This document shows, piece by piece, positions 11,780 through 25,445 of a stretch of 64,000 bases of DNA. Origin of the DNA: Octopus vulgaris (lineage: Eukaryota); contig OX597820.1 in the NCBI GenBank assembly GCA_951406725.2, positions 109,306,001 through 109,370,000 on the forward strand. Direction: 5' to 3'. Positions within the stretch are counted from its first letter, which is position 1; each line of letters starts with the position of its first letter. A program made the translations under genes and the position numbers. The notes below the pieces were generated by a model. The model was not told the origin of the DNA. It saw nothing but the letters and a program-made list of their open reading frames with translations, and made no database searches.

Positions 11780-12580
11780 AAAGGAAAATAAGAGCACTGT
11801 TCAAAATAGTAGGGTTAATTGAAGAGTAATAATTTTGTGTGTCTATTTACAAGAATTTCTGATAATTCTTATTTTGTATGTTGGAGAACCAGTCTAATGA
11901 ACTTGGGTGTTACTCCATAGTTCAAGCTTAATTTTGTTATTCAGTGTTTTTCAGATATCCAAAATTACCTTAGTTACCTATATCTGATTTGTTAGGGCAT
12001 ATTAATCTAACTTGTGTTTTATTTGGTAAGTTTTCCTTATGGTCCTGAATTGTAATACAGGGTCTTATTGGTGTAAATGGTTCTGTCTTATCATCTAAAT
12101 TGATGTCCATTATAATGTTCTTCGCTTCTAAATTTATTTTCTTGAGTGTATTATTAGAGACTATCTTATACTTTTTGGTAATTTCCCTTTGGATGAGTTC
12201 ATGTTGAATGAGTTCGCGTCATGTAGATGTTCTTAGTTTTATCCAAGTGTGTTAAAATTCCATTTTTTTGTATCAAGATCATGAATCAGGTTCTTAAGCT
12301 TTTTCTGGTATGGGTTGCGTCTGAGGGAGTAGTTCTTAAATTTAACGTTCTTAATGAAATTACATAGTTCTTGTTCAAAATTATCCAGGTCCTTGTTCGT
12401 TGGTGGTGTTTTTTTAAAAGATACGCTTGATAAATTCATTCATTTCTGTGTTACCGATATTTGAAGTGTTTGTAGTGTTATAAGTGCTAGAATCCAACTG
12501 TGATAGTTTCCTTTCATGGTGGTATACTTTCCATCGTAACCTATGATTGAACTCATTAATTCTAAAAATGAGTTCCTAAG
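11780..12580 (-). mobile_element. Penelope-like element, N-terminal/RT fragment (Naiad-type)
   Basis: RLRWKVY, LDNFEQEL, DKTKNIY, ITKKYK, ITIQDHKENLPNK..VRLICPNKSDIG; stops and frameshifts. Confidence 0.85.
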
Positions 12581-13194
12581 ACAGAACAACAGTAAACATT
12601 TGGATATAAATACATAGGTATATACATCCAGTAGTATAAAAAGTTATTTATTTAACTAAATGTAACAAAATTCTTGATTATTTTGAACATTTACTGAATT
12701 AGAGAGTCAGTGTATGTCATTAGAAATTTGGTGGTGAAAGAGTTTTAAGACACATGGTTATGGGAGCAACATAAAAAAGTTTATGGATGCAGAACAAATC
12801 AATCCATATATTTGTGTAGAAATAGATGCAGGATTAGGTGCACACACACACAGACGCACACAAACAATTTTATCACTTGAGATGTTTTTAACATTCCTGT
12901 TATTTCATATTTGCACCAAACTGTTGTATTTGAAAGTTTCAAAAACTGTTTATTACATTTTATATAAAATCAACACTCCTAATGAATTCACATGATTAAA
13001 AAGAAGTCAGAAAATTAGATGTTCACATAGCTTTAATGAAAAAATTATATTAGGTATCATATACAAAAATATGTTACAATTTTAGTATAACAAAAAATCT
13101 CTTATTAGATTTGTAGAAAAATAAATCAAAAGTAGCAAATAAAACAAGCATTGATTTGCTATAGAGAATTCATGGCAGTCACAAAATATCAATT

Positions 13195-13480
13195 CTTTCT
13201 AGTTTTGACAAAAGGCCAGCAATTTTAGGGGTAAGGTGTTAGTTGATTACACTAACCCTAGTACTCAACTAGTACTTATTTTGTTGATTCTAAAAAAATG
13301 AAAGGCAAAGTCAAAGATAAAGAGCTAGAAAAAATGTCCAGTAAGGTAACAATTTAGCCAGCTCACCACCATAATAATAGTTTCTGGTTTAGGCATGAGA
13401 CTAACAATGTTGAAGAGAGAGGGTTAATCAAAATCACTGACCCCAGTACTTGACTGGAACACATTTTACTGACCCTGAAT
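13195..13480 (-). mobile_element. Two decayed fragments of SINE family B
   Basis: Reverse complement of ttgactttgcctttcat...aaataagtac.ag...gtact.ggg, matching 13606-13780. Confidence 0.6.
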
Positions 13481-13605
13481 CTATACTATAATGAAGAAAA
13501 CTGCTTATTAATTACTTAAGAGTATGTTAACTTTTACTAAAAGAAAACAATCCATAAAGTTTACACTCTCTAGTAAATCTTTAAAAATTCCTATTGGTGT
13601 TTTAA

Positions 13606-13780
13606 GGCAGTGACCTGACAGAATTGTTAGTATACTGGACAAAATGCTTAGCAACATTTTATCCCATCTTTACACTCTGAGTTCAAATTCCACCAAGGTC
13701 AACTTTGCCTTTTATTCTTTCAGGATCGATAAAATAAATACCAATTGGGTACTGGGATTGATGTAATTGACTTACCATAG
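13606..13780 (+). mobile_element. tRNA-derived SINE family B (partial)
   Basis: ggcagtgacctgacagaattgttag head, B-box-like gagttcaaattcc, gtcaactttgccttt...gatcgataaaataaataccaa body. Confidence 0.75.
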
Positions 13781-14090
13781 CCACTACCACAGTATATATA
13801 CATGGGAGTGTGGGTGAGTATCCATATGTAAGTGTACACAGAGGCAGGAATAGATGCACAGACACACACACACACACACTATAATGCACACATACAAACA
13901 TACAAATGCAAATGTATTCATAGCATTGACTACACACACAACACAAGGTAAAAATACTTGTACACATATATAGAATTGCATAGACACCCAGGTGCACACC
14001 CATATGTGCACACATAACAGAATAACAAGAAAATCTATATGAATGGATACAAACAAGAACAAAACTAAAACACATCCACACACACACATG

Positions 14091-15923
14091 CATTCCGCTC
14101 CGAAGATCATGGCGACAGTGCTTAAGTCCATCCTAGGGAAAGAGGACAAGATAAGAAAAGCCACCAGTTCCTACATAGATGACATTTTGATGGACAAGAC
14201 TGTAGTGCCAGCCAATGAGGTAGTGAGACATCTGGAGAAGTTCGAGCTGATTGCGAAGCCACCAGAGTCGATGGCGGGGGGAGCTGCACTGGGGCTGAAG
14301 CTACAAAGAGATAGATCGGGTGAGTTGGTGTTCCAAAGAGGAAATGAAATCCCAGAGCTGAGTTCCGGTGTCAGCAGGAAAGAGCTGTTCTCGGTGTGTG
14401 GGAAGTTGGTCGGTCACTACCCAATCACTTGATGGCCGCACACAGCATGCAGTTACACCATGAGACGAGCAAAGGGGGAGAGTTGGGGCGACAAGGTGGG
14501 AAAGGGGATGGTAGTGATGATGCGGGAAATCCTAGAGACGACAAGAGCAGAAGACCTGGTCAGGGGGAACTGGTATGTGCCCAAGCTGGAATGTGGGACC
14601 ATTTGGTGTGATGCTAGCAGTATAGTGATAGGGGTTGTGTTGGAGATCAAAGGCACTGAGATGGCTCTGGAAAGCAGACAACTTTAACCACATCAATGTC
14701 ACCGAATTAGACGCAGTACTGAAGGGGTTGAAATTGGCCCTGAAATGGGGGCTGCGCTCAATCGAAATCCAGATGGATTCAGCCACTGTGCTTGGCTGGG
14801 TAGGATCGGTGATAACCGGTGAGAGGAGAGTTTGGACGAAAGGTGCCACGGAGATGTTGGTGAAGTGCCGTCGGAGAGTTCTAGGAGAATTGATTGCTGA
14901 GTTCGGACTGAAGCTGAATGTGGGTTTTGTGCCTTCAGAGAGAAACAGGGCAGACTCACTGACCAGGGTGAAAAGGGCGTGGTTGGAGGAGCTGGAAGAG
15001 TCAAAGAAAGGGATAGCTGTGATGTCTCAGTTGGATGACTCCGAACTGAAGAGACTACATGCTATGCATCACTTGGGGGTGGATAGGACTGTGTATCTCA
15101 CAAAGATGATTAATGCTGATGTCCCTAGGAGAAGCATCAGGAAAGTGGTCGGAAGCTGTGACAGGTGCCAGTCCATTAACTCTGTTCCATGTGGGCATGA
15201 GCAAGGAAACCTTTCAGTGGAGCACAACTGGGAGCGACTAGCTGTGGATATCATGCACTACCATCCGGGCCAGGTAGTCATTTAGATGGAGTTGAACATG
15301 GGCATTGCTGATGAGATTGCGCAGATTTTGAACGGGATATTTTTAGAGAGGGGTCCCATAGAAGAAATGCTAATGGACAATGGGGCAGCATTTCATTCAG
15401 AAGTGTTGAGGGATATGCTCGACTGGTGGAAAGTGCATCGCTTGTTCAGAGTAGCATATAGGCCAAGCAGTAATGGAATTGTAGAGAGGCCCTATTGGAC
15501 AATCAAGACCATAGCAGGAAGAGGGCACATTTTGCTGCTGGAGGCAGTTTTATGGTATAACATGTCTCTCCCGATCCGGACAAGCTGAAGAATCTATGCC
15601 ACATAGAGCAGTATTTAAATACAAATGGAGGCATCCCAATAACGCACTGGAGTGCCACAAAGAAGAGAAGGGACCCACCTGTGTGAAAATAGGGAAGGAA
15701 GTCTGGGTTAAGCCACCGAAGGTGCACTGTACGTCTCCATGGAGCAGAGGAACGGTGACAGTGGCCAATTCCAGAAACAATGTCTCCATGGATGGAATGC
15801 CACAACACATTTTGGACCTTCGCAGGATTGTCGCTTCATCGGATGACAATTGTGGAGAAGAGATCTCGACACACAAGACGCCTGCGCTGGTTGGATGGTG
15901 AACTTCGATGTGGAGTAGGGGGA
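14091..15923 (+). mobile_element. Ty3/Gypsy LTR retrotransposon pol remnant (RT end, RNase H, integrase)
   Basis: YIDDIL; WCDASS, INVTELDAV, MDSATV, NRADSLTR; H..HH.G...C..CQ; AVDIMHY, DNGAAF, SNGIVER; RT-RH-IN order; polypurine tract ggagtaggggga at 15912-15923. Confidence 0.93.
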
Positions 15924-16170
15924 TGTGATCTGTAAGATCAGGGTGGTGTGTGGGATGACGTCAGCGGCTGGGGAGCTGACCAGAAGAGGAAGGGCACGCA
16001 GGTGACGTGCGCACAGGTGGGGGATGATTGTGTCCTTTTCGATCAGGGAAGCCATGAGTGCTGGACCTGTGAGCACTTCAACATAATGAGGGATAGCAGT
16101 TGCTACTTTTAGAGTTTCGGGATGGGCCACATGGAAGGGTACGTTACCACCGGAGAGGTCTGCATCAACA
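15924..16170 (+). repeat. Putative 3' LTR of the Gypsy element
   Basis: Starts TGTGAT directly after the PPT and ends ATCAACA (TG...CA with short inverted termini). Confidence 0.7.
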
Positions 16171-17091
16171 AAGAGAAGGTGTCTTACTTCTAATCTCCTG
16201 CATTCACCACTATTGACACTAGTTTATGCTTATTGTCCGATGCATCAATATTCCTCGAATTTTCCATTGTGTTGTTGCTTTTATTGAACTCATAAAGCAA
16301 AATATACTGAATATGCTTCTTTGTCACTTCCATTATAGATTTGAAAAAATAACTGTTAAATAATAATAATAATAATAATAATAATCAAACCCAATACAAT
16401 TCAAAAGCCAAATAATATTGATAAACAAAAAAACGTTACTTGGCTTGTCGATGAAAATAATATAAATGAATTTTAAACGTAAAAAAGTAGGTCTTAGCAT
16501 TTATAAGAAATTAAACTCGTGAAGACATTGTGTAAACAAATAGAATAAAATTATCAATGAAAATACTGAAAACTATTTATTAATGAAAAAGACAAAAAAT
16601 ATTTAAGCTTCATGAATTAAAGAAAAATATGAAAAATAGAATAACAAATGACATTTTACTCTAAAGACATTTTACTATAAATGACAGTTTACTATAAATT
16701 CAGTTCCAAATAATTATTATGTAAAATATACATATAATATTAAATTGATTTATGTTCCTATAACTAATAGATCTTAATAAAATTATATATAATAATTTAT
16801 GTATTAAGAAATATCTAAGTTGAAAATTGTTCAAATTTATTAATATGACATATAATAATATAGTAAATTATACTTTAATACTATTAAATTATATCTACAA
16901 AAAATAAATAACATAAAAAGAAATAAGGTTTTATACATACTGAAAAATAAGTTAAATGTATTATATTGGTAAATAAATTTATGTTACCATTTAATTTTAA
17001 ATGACTGTTTACTATAAATTTAAAGTCTAAATAAAAAGTAAGTAAAATATATATATATATATAATATATTTAAATTAATTTATATTACTAT

Positions 17092-17516
17092 ACTCTCTCT
17101 TTTACTCTTTTACTTGTTTCAGTCATTTGACTGCGGCCATGCTGGAGCACCGCCTTTAGTCGAGCAAATCGACCCCGAGACTTATTTTTTGTAAGCCCAG
17201 TACTTATTATATCGGTCTCTTTTGCCGAACCGCTATGTGACGGGGACGTAAACACATACCAGCATCGGTTGTCAAGCAATGCTAGGGGACAAACACAGAC
17301 ACACAAACACACACACACACATACATTTATATATATATATATATATATATATACGACAGGCTTCTTTCAGTTTCCGTCTACCAAATCCACTCACAAGGCA
17401 TTGGTCGGCCCGGGGCTATAGCAGAAGACACTTGCCCAAGATGCCACGCAGTGGGATTGAACCCAGAACCATGTGGTTGGTTAGCAAGCTACTTACCACA
17501 CAGCCACTCCTGCGCC
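17092..17516 (-). mobile_element. Full-length tRNA-derived SINE, family A
   Basis: GGCGCAGGAGTGGCTGTGTGG head, GGTTCAATCCC B box, central (TA)/(TG) tract, LINE-like tail. Confidence 0.95.
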
Positions 17517-17559
17517 TATAATTAATATATCTTAATAAATTTATATAATCATTTATTTA

Positions 17560-18150
17560 TTAGCTAAACCTATTATATAGGTAATTTAATTTATGTTTAC
17601 ATTTAATTTTATGTTCCTCCAATGAGTTTACCAACATATAATTGTTATTAAATAAGATTTCTTTGAATTTGTTATTACACAGTGAACAAAAATTACTCCC
17701 TATATAATATGATTTAGCCCTACAAATAATCTCCCAAGTTAATTTATATTTAATAGATCTAGATTTAAGGTCCCAAATATATTTATTGAGACCTGTTGAA
17801 TTTATTAGATTTTTATTCCTAAAAGAATACATATGTTGAGATACTCTTGATTTAATTTTATTCGAAGAGGACCCTATATAAATAGTGTTTAAATTATGAT
17901 AATTCAAATTCTTATCATCTATTAAAGTTACCATACACTTATAGACTACATTATCTAAATTACAATTATTATTAAAATTACATGTAGTCTTATCCCTACA
18001 CGTACAATAAATTAAATCTTGGTCTTTATTATTATTATTGGAATCAATATTTAATCTATCTTTATAGAATTTATTTAATTTAAATGTATTAAATGAAGAA
18101 ATAATATTATCAACTCCAAAATTATCATTAGAAAAAAATGTTATAATGTG
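17560..18150 (-). mobile_element. PLE GIY-YIG endonuclease fragment (Naiad-type)
   Basis: CTCRDKTTCNFNNNC (CxCx5Cx5C), YIGSS..IKSRVSQHMYSF, L.KYIWDLK, W.II, CSLC. Confidence 0.88.
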
Positions 18151-19898
18151 TTTTAGTATTTAAATACAAATGGAGGCATCCCATATATGTGCATATATAT
18201 ATATATATATGCATATACAGAAATTTAGATTCAGATGAATTAGGTACTTAAGTTGAGGCACCAGTATGGTATTATCCATAGAGTTTCAAAATAAGGTGAT
18301 TAAATTCAAAATAAGCAACAGCATAGCCAGCAATGCAGTACGATTGTTTCAAGCGACTCCATTTAATTGAGCAATGCAGCCATTACATCAATTTAAATGC
18401 AGAGCAATCCACAGCTGCATAAATACACAGAATTAAATTAAATTAAAACAGATGGACACATTAGTATAATTTTACCTAAAACCTCCAAGAAGGAATGGAG
18501 ATAGACAAAGAACATGCTGTCTTCACTTCAGCTTAGAAGCTACTAAGGTATCAGGAAGAAAGACTTGTTAGAGATCTAGCTTGTCACTGTTTTGTGGAGT
18601 CAGTTTTAATTTATAGTCTTGTTTATCAAATCTTTGTATGTCAAAATCTAAAGCCAAAGAACAAGGAGCAGTGTCTGTTAGGAAAGGGGCTGAGGGAATC
18701 GACAGAAATCAGAGTGGGTATAGTCTTAAAAACTATCAAGATTAATTTGAAACAATATGATGAGATTTGGTAAAGGAAATCTTAAATCAAGATGTTAGCT
18801 GACAATTAAAGGGGCAAGACTAGTAAACCAATGATGATAATACAGGGGAAATTTTATCATGGGGTACTATAGTTAAATATTTTAAACAATATTGCCATAT
18901 TGTATAAAGTTAAAATTTAGGGTTATTCAGAAGATTTTAAAGAAGAATATAACAAAAGGATAACATTTTTTTGAATACTTTTGAGTATATACTGAATTTT
19001 ACCATAATAGAGGGAGGAAAAGAAATTACATAGAAATAGTTTGATACTTATACATATTATGTACTTAAATACTAACTTATTAGATGGTTTCTATGAAGAT
19101 TGATCATTGGCATTCACTGGTATTTAATAAAGGAGTACTGAGGTAAAAGAACATGCTAACTATATATTAATTAAGTTATAATCTAAGCAGTTTATTTTAA
19201 GTTGTGAATATACCAGTATTGTTTTATATAAGCTAAGTAAGAATTTATAGGAGTACAAAAATCAGGTTTATTTTATAAAGGTTATTATAAAATAATAAAA
19301 TGATCAGGTAGGATAGAACACCATAGAAAAGGAATAAAATAGCTTAATTACTAAAAACCATGATGAAATATATATACCTTATAGAAAATGTATAATAATT
19401 TAAGTATTTAAACTAAAAATTGTTTATTTATTTAGCTTGTATCTACAAAGACTGATACCTGGTGTTAACTAAAAGAATATTGATGTTATAGGACATGCTA
19501 ATTATATACTAAAAGGTATATTATAGGTTTTAAAAGTATTTTGTGTGTTAATCCATACATGATATTGTAGTTTCTTAGGGGTACTTAATTAGAAGGTCTA
19601 CTTACATAAAGGCCCTTATAAATACTGAGATCAGGATGGTGGAACACTTTAAGAAAGGGATAAATAAAGTAATTATTAAAACTATGATGAAATTTGATCA
19701 ACTAGGCAGGAAAAATTCATATGGATATTATAGTAACTTTGTTTAGCACACTAACTAACTAGACTATATAGCTTTTATTATATTGTAATATATGCAGTGT
19801 GCTATAATTTCAGACTAAAAATATTAAAAGTAAGTATCCATCAAAATCAGTTCCTATAAAGTGCTACTTTCAAAATTATTTAAAAGTTTGGAGATACA

Positions 19899-20270
19899 TC
19901 AATTATGTATGCATGATATCCTAAGGTCTAATCTATCATTAACCAGGCTGCCTTTATCTTTATGCTTAAAAATTTCATATGTTTCCATAGAGCACAGCTC
20001 ACATCCATATCTACTATTTCTATTAGGCTGTGCTTTTTTTATTATTTCCCATTTAAGGCTAAACCCAATTCTACTTTCCTTTAATTCCCAAATTTTACTG
20101 GATAATGACGTACAATTCGCCTTGTGTTTAAGTTTAAAAGAGGACAAGTGGTTGTATCGATGTTGTTTCATATTAATCGAACAACCAATATCTAAAAAAT
20201 TACTAGTTGTAGTTATTGTACATTTATAAATTATGTTCCAGGTAAGACATCGGCCTAATAACAGACAGTG
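19899..20270 (-). mobile_element. PLE GIY-YIG fragment
   Basis: RYNHLSSFK, TSLSSKIWELK, LKWEII, CELCSME. Confidence 0.85.
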
Positions 20271-20493
20271 GGATTTAACTCTACAATTGCAACTAGGAGA
20301 AATATCACTATTAATATTAGTATTATTAAGATTTATATTATTATTATTAATATTTTCACTATTAATATTATGTTCATGTCTGTTATTTTCTACCTTCCTC
20401 TCAATCGTATCATTTACATTTATATATACATATATTTTATATATTTACATATCTATATGTATGTATATATATATATATATATAAATATATATA

Positions 20494-20885
20494 TTTTTAC
20501 TTGTTTCAGTCATTTGACTGCAGCCATGCTAGAGCACCGCCTTTTAGTCGAGCAAATCGACCCCAGGTCTTATTCTTTGTAAGCCTAGTACTTATTCTAT
20601 CGATCTCTTTTGCCGAACCGCTAAGTAACAGGGACGTAAACATACCAGCATCGGTTGTCAAGTGATGTGGGGGGGGGACAAACACAGACACACATATATA
20701 TATATATACACATATATATATACGACAGGCTTCTTTCAGTTTCCGTCTACCAAATCCACTCACAAGGCTTTGGTTGGCCTGAGGCTATAGTAGAAGACAC
20801 TTTCCCAAGGTGCCACGCAGTGGGACTGAACCCGGAACCATGTGGTTGGTAAGCAGGCTACTTACCACATAGCCACTCCTGCGCC
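20494..20885 (-). mobile_element. Full-length tRNA-derived SINE, family A
   Basis: Highly similar to 17092-17516 along its length. Confidence 0.95.
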
Positions 20886-21029
20886 TATATATATATATTT
20901 GTGCATGTATGTGTGTCTGTCTCTCTGTGTCAGCATCTTTTGTTTTCTGTTAGTATATATAGTGTGTATATATGTATGTATATATACACAAGTATTTTTT
21001 AGAGCCTTAATCGGTGAATGGTGAATCCC

Positions 21030-21340
21030 ACACCTGCAGCAGGTAGTCTCTAAAATATGAACAGGGGCTACAGATCTCCTTTCTGGCGTTTAAGGATCCT
21101 TGCCTGCTCTGCTATGCAAAGCTTGTATTGCTGCTCCCATATATATATAGGACCCCTGTTGGTTTATGAGCCTTCATTTAATTTTGTATGGAGTTCCTTC
21201 ATCCTTAATGTGCCACATGTGGATGGCCAGGGATGTGACATAATGCCTTTCCAGAATTTTAAAAGAGGACATATGGTTGTACAGGCACTGCTTAGAGGTA
21301 GCTCCAGCCGAATTGATGTATCTACAAACTTGAGTGCTGA
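21030..21340 (-). mobile_element. Decayed PLE GIY-YIG fragment
   Basis: Frame not in the ORF track: KQCLYNHMSSFK...TSLAIHMWHIKDEGTPYKIK*RLI...KLCIAE. Confidence 0.7.
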
Positions 21341-21437
21341 TTGTTTTCCCATCGCTGGTGTTTCTTCTGATGTCCCAGGCCTGATGTTGGTGTTATTGCT
21401 GCTGTTATTGCTTGGTGTACAGACATTGTATATTGAG

Positions 21438-21601
21438 AAAAAGAAAGCAATCAGAAATTTGGATAATTCTTTATTAGCACTTTCATTCATTTAACAAACT
21501 CATCAAGACAAAATCAAAATTTTGATTCTGTCTTAACAAGTTCAATAAATGAACAAAAGCACTAATAAAGTATTATTCAAAATTCTTACTGCCTCCTTTT
21601 T
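21438..21601. repeat. Imperfect palindrome (fold-back / hairpin MITE-like)
   Basis: Arms symmetric about caaaa|ttttg (~21519): ctttattag/ctaataaag, aagacaaaatcaaaa/ttttgattctgtctt. Confidence 0.75.
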
Positions 21602-21606
21602 CTTAA

Positions 21607-21824
21607 CCTTTTCATTACCAATCTGGCTGAAACTGGCTCTGGCTCTGAGTACAAATGTCTTGTTTTCATAAGTTTTGAATTAAAATCTTCCACAAAACCT
21701 TAGTCACAATTTATGTTCCTAACACTAGCTGAATGATAACTAAGTTATTTTACTATATTCTTTCTTATATTTAAATTAATTGAAAGAAACAGAGTATCTC
21801 AAAATAAATACAGTAACAAAAGGT
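21607..21824 (+). mobile_element. piggyBac-derived MITE (decayed)
   Basis: TTAA|CCTTTTCATTAC ... GTAACAAAAGGT|TTAA; TIR and subterminal sequence resemble 56765-57775. Confidence 0.8.
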
Positions 21825-21951
21825 TTAATACATACATACATATATATGTGTGTGTGTGTATGTGAGAAGAAAATGGATGTAAATAACAAGGTGAAACTTG
21901 TTGTTTTCACTGGTATGCCTTTACTTTAATTAATTAACAAAGAAGAAAGTA

Positions 21952-22002
21952 GCATTTATGATCGTTTCAATTCACTAGTTTTAGTAAATATCTTCAGAAT
22001 GC
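21952..22002 (-). ncRNA. Hammerhead ribozyme motif in pseudo-LTR
   Basis: GCATT-CTGAAGA-stem II-GAAAC-GATC-ATA-AATGC (one G>A change in stem III). Confidence 0.65.
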
Positions 22003-24142
22003 GAAAAATAAATTGATACATCAGTAACGGTAATAAAGTCAAATTTTTTTAGTCTTACATTATATTATGTTCTTAAGTTGATTATTCCACTGGGGAGTGG
22101 ATTTCATTGTAGATCGGTTAGTTTATGGTTCTGTTGGGTAATTAAAGTGGGGTGTATATTAATTTGGTGTGGAATCCCGAGTTTGACTAAGCACATTTTT
22201 TGCGCACATGTATATTAGATTGGTTGTAATCAGCGGTGAGTTTTAGTCACCAGTGATATAAGTGAAGGGGGATAACTCTAATTTAAGGTGAGATGGGAGC
22301 TAACTCAAACTGGATTATTTACACAAGGGAGGGTGGTTTAACATTATATTATGGCTACAGTTCATAGTGATAAAAGGGGCCCTATGTAGGTGTAAAGTAA
22401 ATTATTATGGAATGTGGAGAGCGAGTGAGGTTGGGGGGTGACTGCTTATGTGTAAGTGTTTAAGGTGGTTCCCAGTTAATTAGACTTATATAGATGAATA
22501 TGCTAGTGTGGGATTTGTAGAGGGTCCTACTATTTTACTGATACTTTGAAAAGACACAGAAGCCTACATGAAGACAAAAAATTTGTTCTCAAATTTCCTA
22601 TTGAGGAGGGGTTGTTTAGCCATTAGAATAGCTAGGCGTTCTGATAAACAGAGATCACAGTGTCTATTAGCGGTGTTTAATCTATAATCTATTTTTTTAT
22701 CCTTAAGTTCCCAAATATATCTACTGAGCCCAGTTGAATTAGCCTTACTCCTATTTCTGAAGCTAGATTGGTGTGTGTTATATCTAAGAATCATTTGGTT
22801 TTTAGTGGCACCTATATATGATTTTATCTGGCTATTTGTGTGCACGTCACATTGGTAAACTACATTATTTGTCTTACATCTATTTGAGAAATGGCACTTT
22901 GCTCTATCCCTGCATCCACATAAATTATTAGGTATATCTGTGTTTCTGTTATGTTGAGGGGGGCTATTACTGTTCAGGTCTATATCTAAGTTAGTAGGAG
23001 GCACTATGTAAGTGGTGGGCTTAGTTCTGTTATTTGGTTGGTTATTATTATTGTTGTTCACAATTTCTCTAGCTTCATAGAATTTGTCTAGTTTTCAGTT
23101 ATTTATTGAGGCTATGATTGTATCTAAGTTATTGGTTAGGCTGTAGCCTACACTAATTTTATTCCTAAAAAATTCTGCATATTTATTATTAACGTTTAGG
23201 TGTTTATCTATGTTTGGTTTGAAGTGCATAGATTACGAGCCAGATTTTATCACTACTTTGTTTATATTTTGTATTGTTTTTTCTAGTATAGAAGCTACCC
23301 TCCTTGTATCTGAGTCGTATGAAGTTGTGGTTATGGCTATCTTGCTTATTTCCATAGTTAGGTTTCACTTTCCTGTTACTTTTGTTTGGTATTGCTTGCA
23401 TAGGGTTTATGTGGACTAGATGGCATGGTTTTCTTATTATTAACAGGGTTCATATTGGTTCTTTGGGGCACTTTGGCTTTATTCATACCAATGTGTAGGT
23501 TTATATTATTATTTTTGTAGCTAATGTTATTTTTGGGCTTATTTATGTACTTGGTGTTGTTAGTTGTGTTAATATTGTTCATCTTATTCATTATGCCCTT
23601 TATTGGTATTAGTGTTGTGGTTAATTTTGTTGTTATTGGTGGTTTGTGTATAGGCCTTGGTATTGTTTTTATTGGGGTTACCCATAGTGTTCCTATTGCT
23701 GGTGTAGCTTGTGGTGATGTATGGTGTGTGGTTGGTGTTAATGGTATTAGTGAGTGGGTTTCTGTTATTTGGGCTACTTGTATGGGTGATTAGGGTCAAG
23801 GTATTTAATTTTTTGTTTAAATCCTGTTTTCTATCGTGTGGAATTATAAATTTCTTTATGCCTATTAAAGATATTTATGTTGGAAGAGAGGTGTGATATT
23901 CTATTGCTAATGCTATGTACTAAGCCTCTCTTAATAAAGTTTGGGTGGTTACTAGAAGTGTTTATGTATCTGAGGTTTGTATTGTAGCTAGGTTGCAGTT
24001 TGTGTCTTAGTAGTTAATAGAGGTGTGTTCCTTTTTAATAGAAATAGATAGACCTAATCTTTTAAAGAATTTGTGTAGTTTTTTTCTTGAAAAGCTCAAA
24101 TTTTGTCTTTATTACCATTACCGATATATTAATTTATTTTTC

Positions 24143-24186
24143 ACATTCTGAAGATAAAACTAATAAACTGAAATGATCGTAAATGT
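24143..24186 (+). ncRNA. Hammerhead ribozyme motif in inverted pseudo-LTR
   Basis: ACATT-CTGAAGA-...-GAAAT-GATC-GTA-AATGT; stem II partly deleted. Confidence 0.6.
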
Positions 24187-24475
24187 TACCTTCTTCTTTG
24201 TTAATTAATTAGATTAAAGGCATACCAGTGAAAACAAAGAGTTTCTCCTTGTTATTTACATCCATTTTCTTCTTGTATAAACCGAAACTATGGTTTACCT
24301 ACCGAATTACCTGCTACCATACAACTTTACAAAGGACTGTACCTACTCAGGTAATCACCAGGAGCACATTTGGATTTAATTATCCTTTAGAGATTTTAAA
24401 CTCTTCTAACTGATACCTACACTATATACATATATCATCATTTAACGCCCGCTTTCCATGCTAGCATGGGTTGGA

Positions 24476-24510
<35 letters not shown>

Positions 24511-24513
<3 letters not shown>

Positions 24514-25445
24514 GGGATGCCACTTGGCTGACTGGTTCGCAGAACACCTCCAAGACATCCGCCTCGGCAATGACCCCTCGGTCTCATGCCATTTCCGCTC
24601 TACCAGTCACTCTTTGCAACACCTGTCCATGTTCGGATTGTCCTTGCTCAGGGGCCATCTGGACTCCCATTTGCACCGTGAACAGGGATTATTCTTCTCT
24701 CTTCACTCCTTTGTGCCACATGAGCTCAACTCTCCTCTTCATCTAACCTTCTCTCCATGCCCCTCCCCCTCCCTCCCACCCACCTCTCCTCTCTTGCTCC
24801 AACTCTTACTTCTCTTCACTCCTACTCTCTTTCTCTCTTCTCTCACACCCACCTTCATTGTCAACCCTCCTGCATAAGCCCACTCCACCCCTACACATTC
24901 CTACCCCACCTTCCCATCCCTTAACCCTCTCCCATACAACCCACCCTCTGCCTACCCACATACCCCACCTCTACTCCAACCTTCAGCCTAACCCACACCC
25001 CATCTGTGGTTTCCCCACTCTCATCTCCCCATCTCCCAACACCATCACACACACCACACAACACATCACATCACGCCACCATGCACACACCAGCACTGAC
25101 TGGTTCCCATTCCCACATTTTCACACCTACACATACACACACATCAAGATCACAAGCCCTCTTTCACACGCACATATGTACTCTTTTACGCGCACCTTCG
25201 TTTTGGGATCACTACCACTTTGTTATCCCCCCTGTGTGACCCTTCTGTCCGGCATTCGCCATGATAGATCGCTAGCCACTACACACATTTTTTCTCTCCT
25301 TGTTTCTTTCTGTGTTCCTTTCTGTAAAAGAGTGTAGGCTTGAAACATTAAAGACTTTTTCAATTCCTGAGCATTATACTAATACATCTGTTTGTTTTCT
25401 ACACCACCTGTCTTCATCTTTTGTTTTTTTTGTGAATTTTCCCCA
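24511..25445 (+). mobile_element. PLE 3' fragment (Neptune-like GIY-YIG end, pyrimidine-rich 3' region)
   Basis: TG..LADWFAEHL.DI, VSCHF...H, REQ.LFF.L..FVP.ELN; decayed hammerhead-like gag-tgtagg-ctt-GAAAC near 25330; flanked by (TA)n. Confidence 0.75.

Larger units (their letters stand above)
21865..24273 (-). mobile_element. 5'-truncated PLE (Naiad-type) with inverted pseudo-LTRs
   Basis: GIY-YIG ORF 22564-23061 (CGCRDRAKCHFSNRC, VVYQC, YIGAT, RYNTH, CDLCLSE); inverted ~180-bp repeats at 21865-22047 and 24098-24273. Confidence 0.9.

Noticed and set aside
18325-18400. Minus-strand GAAAC-AATC-GTA hammerhead half
   Set aside because: No CTGANGA core found upstream
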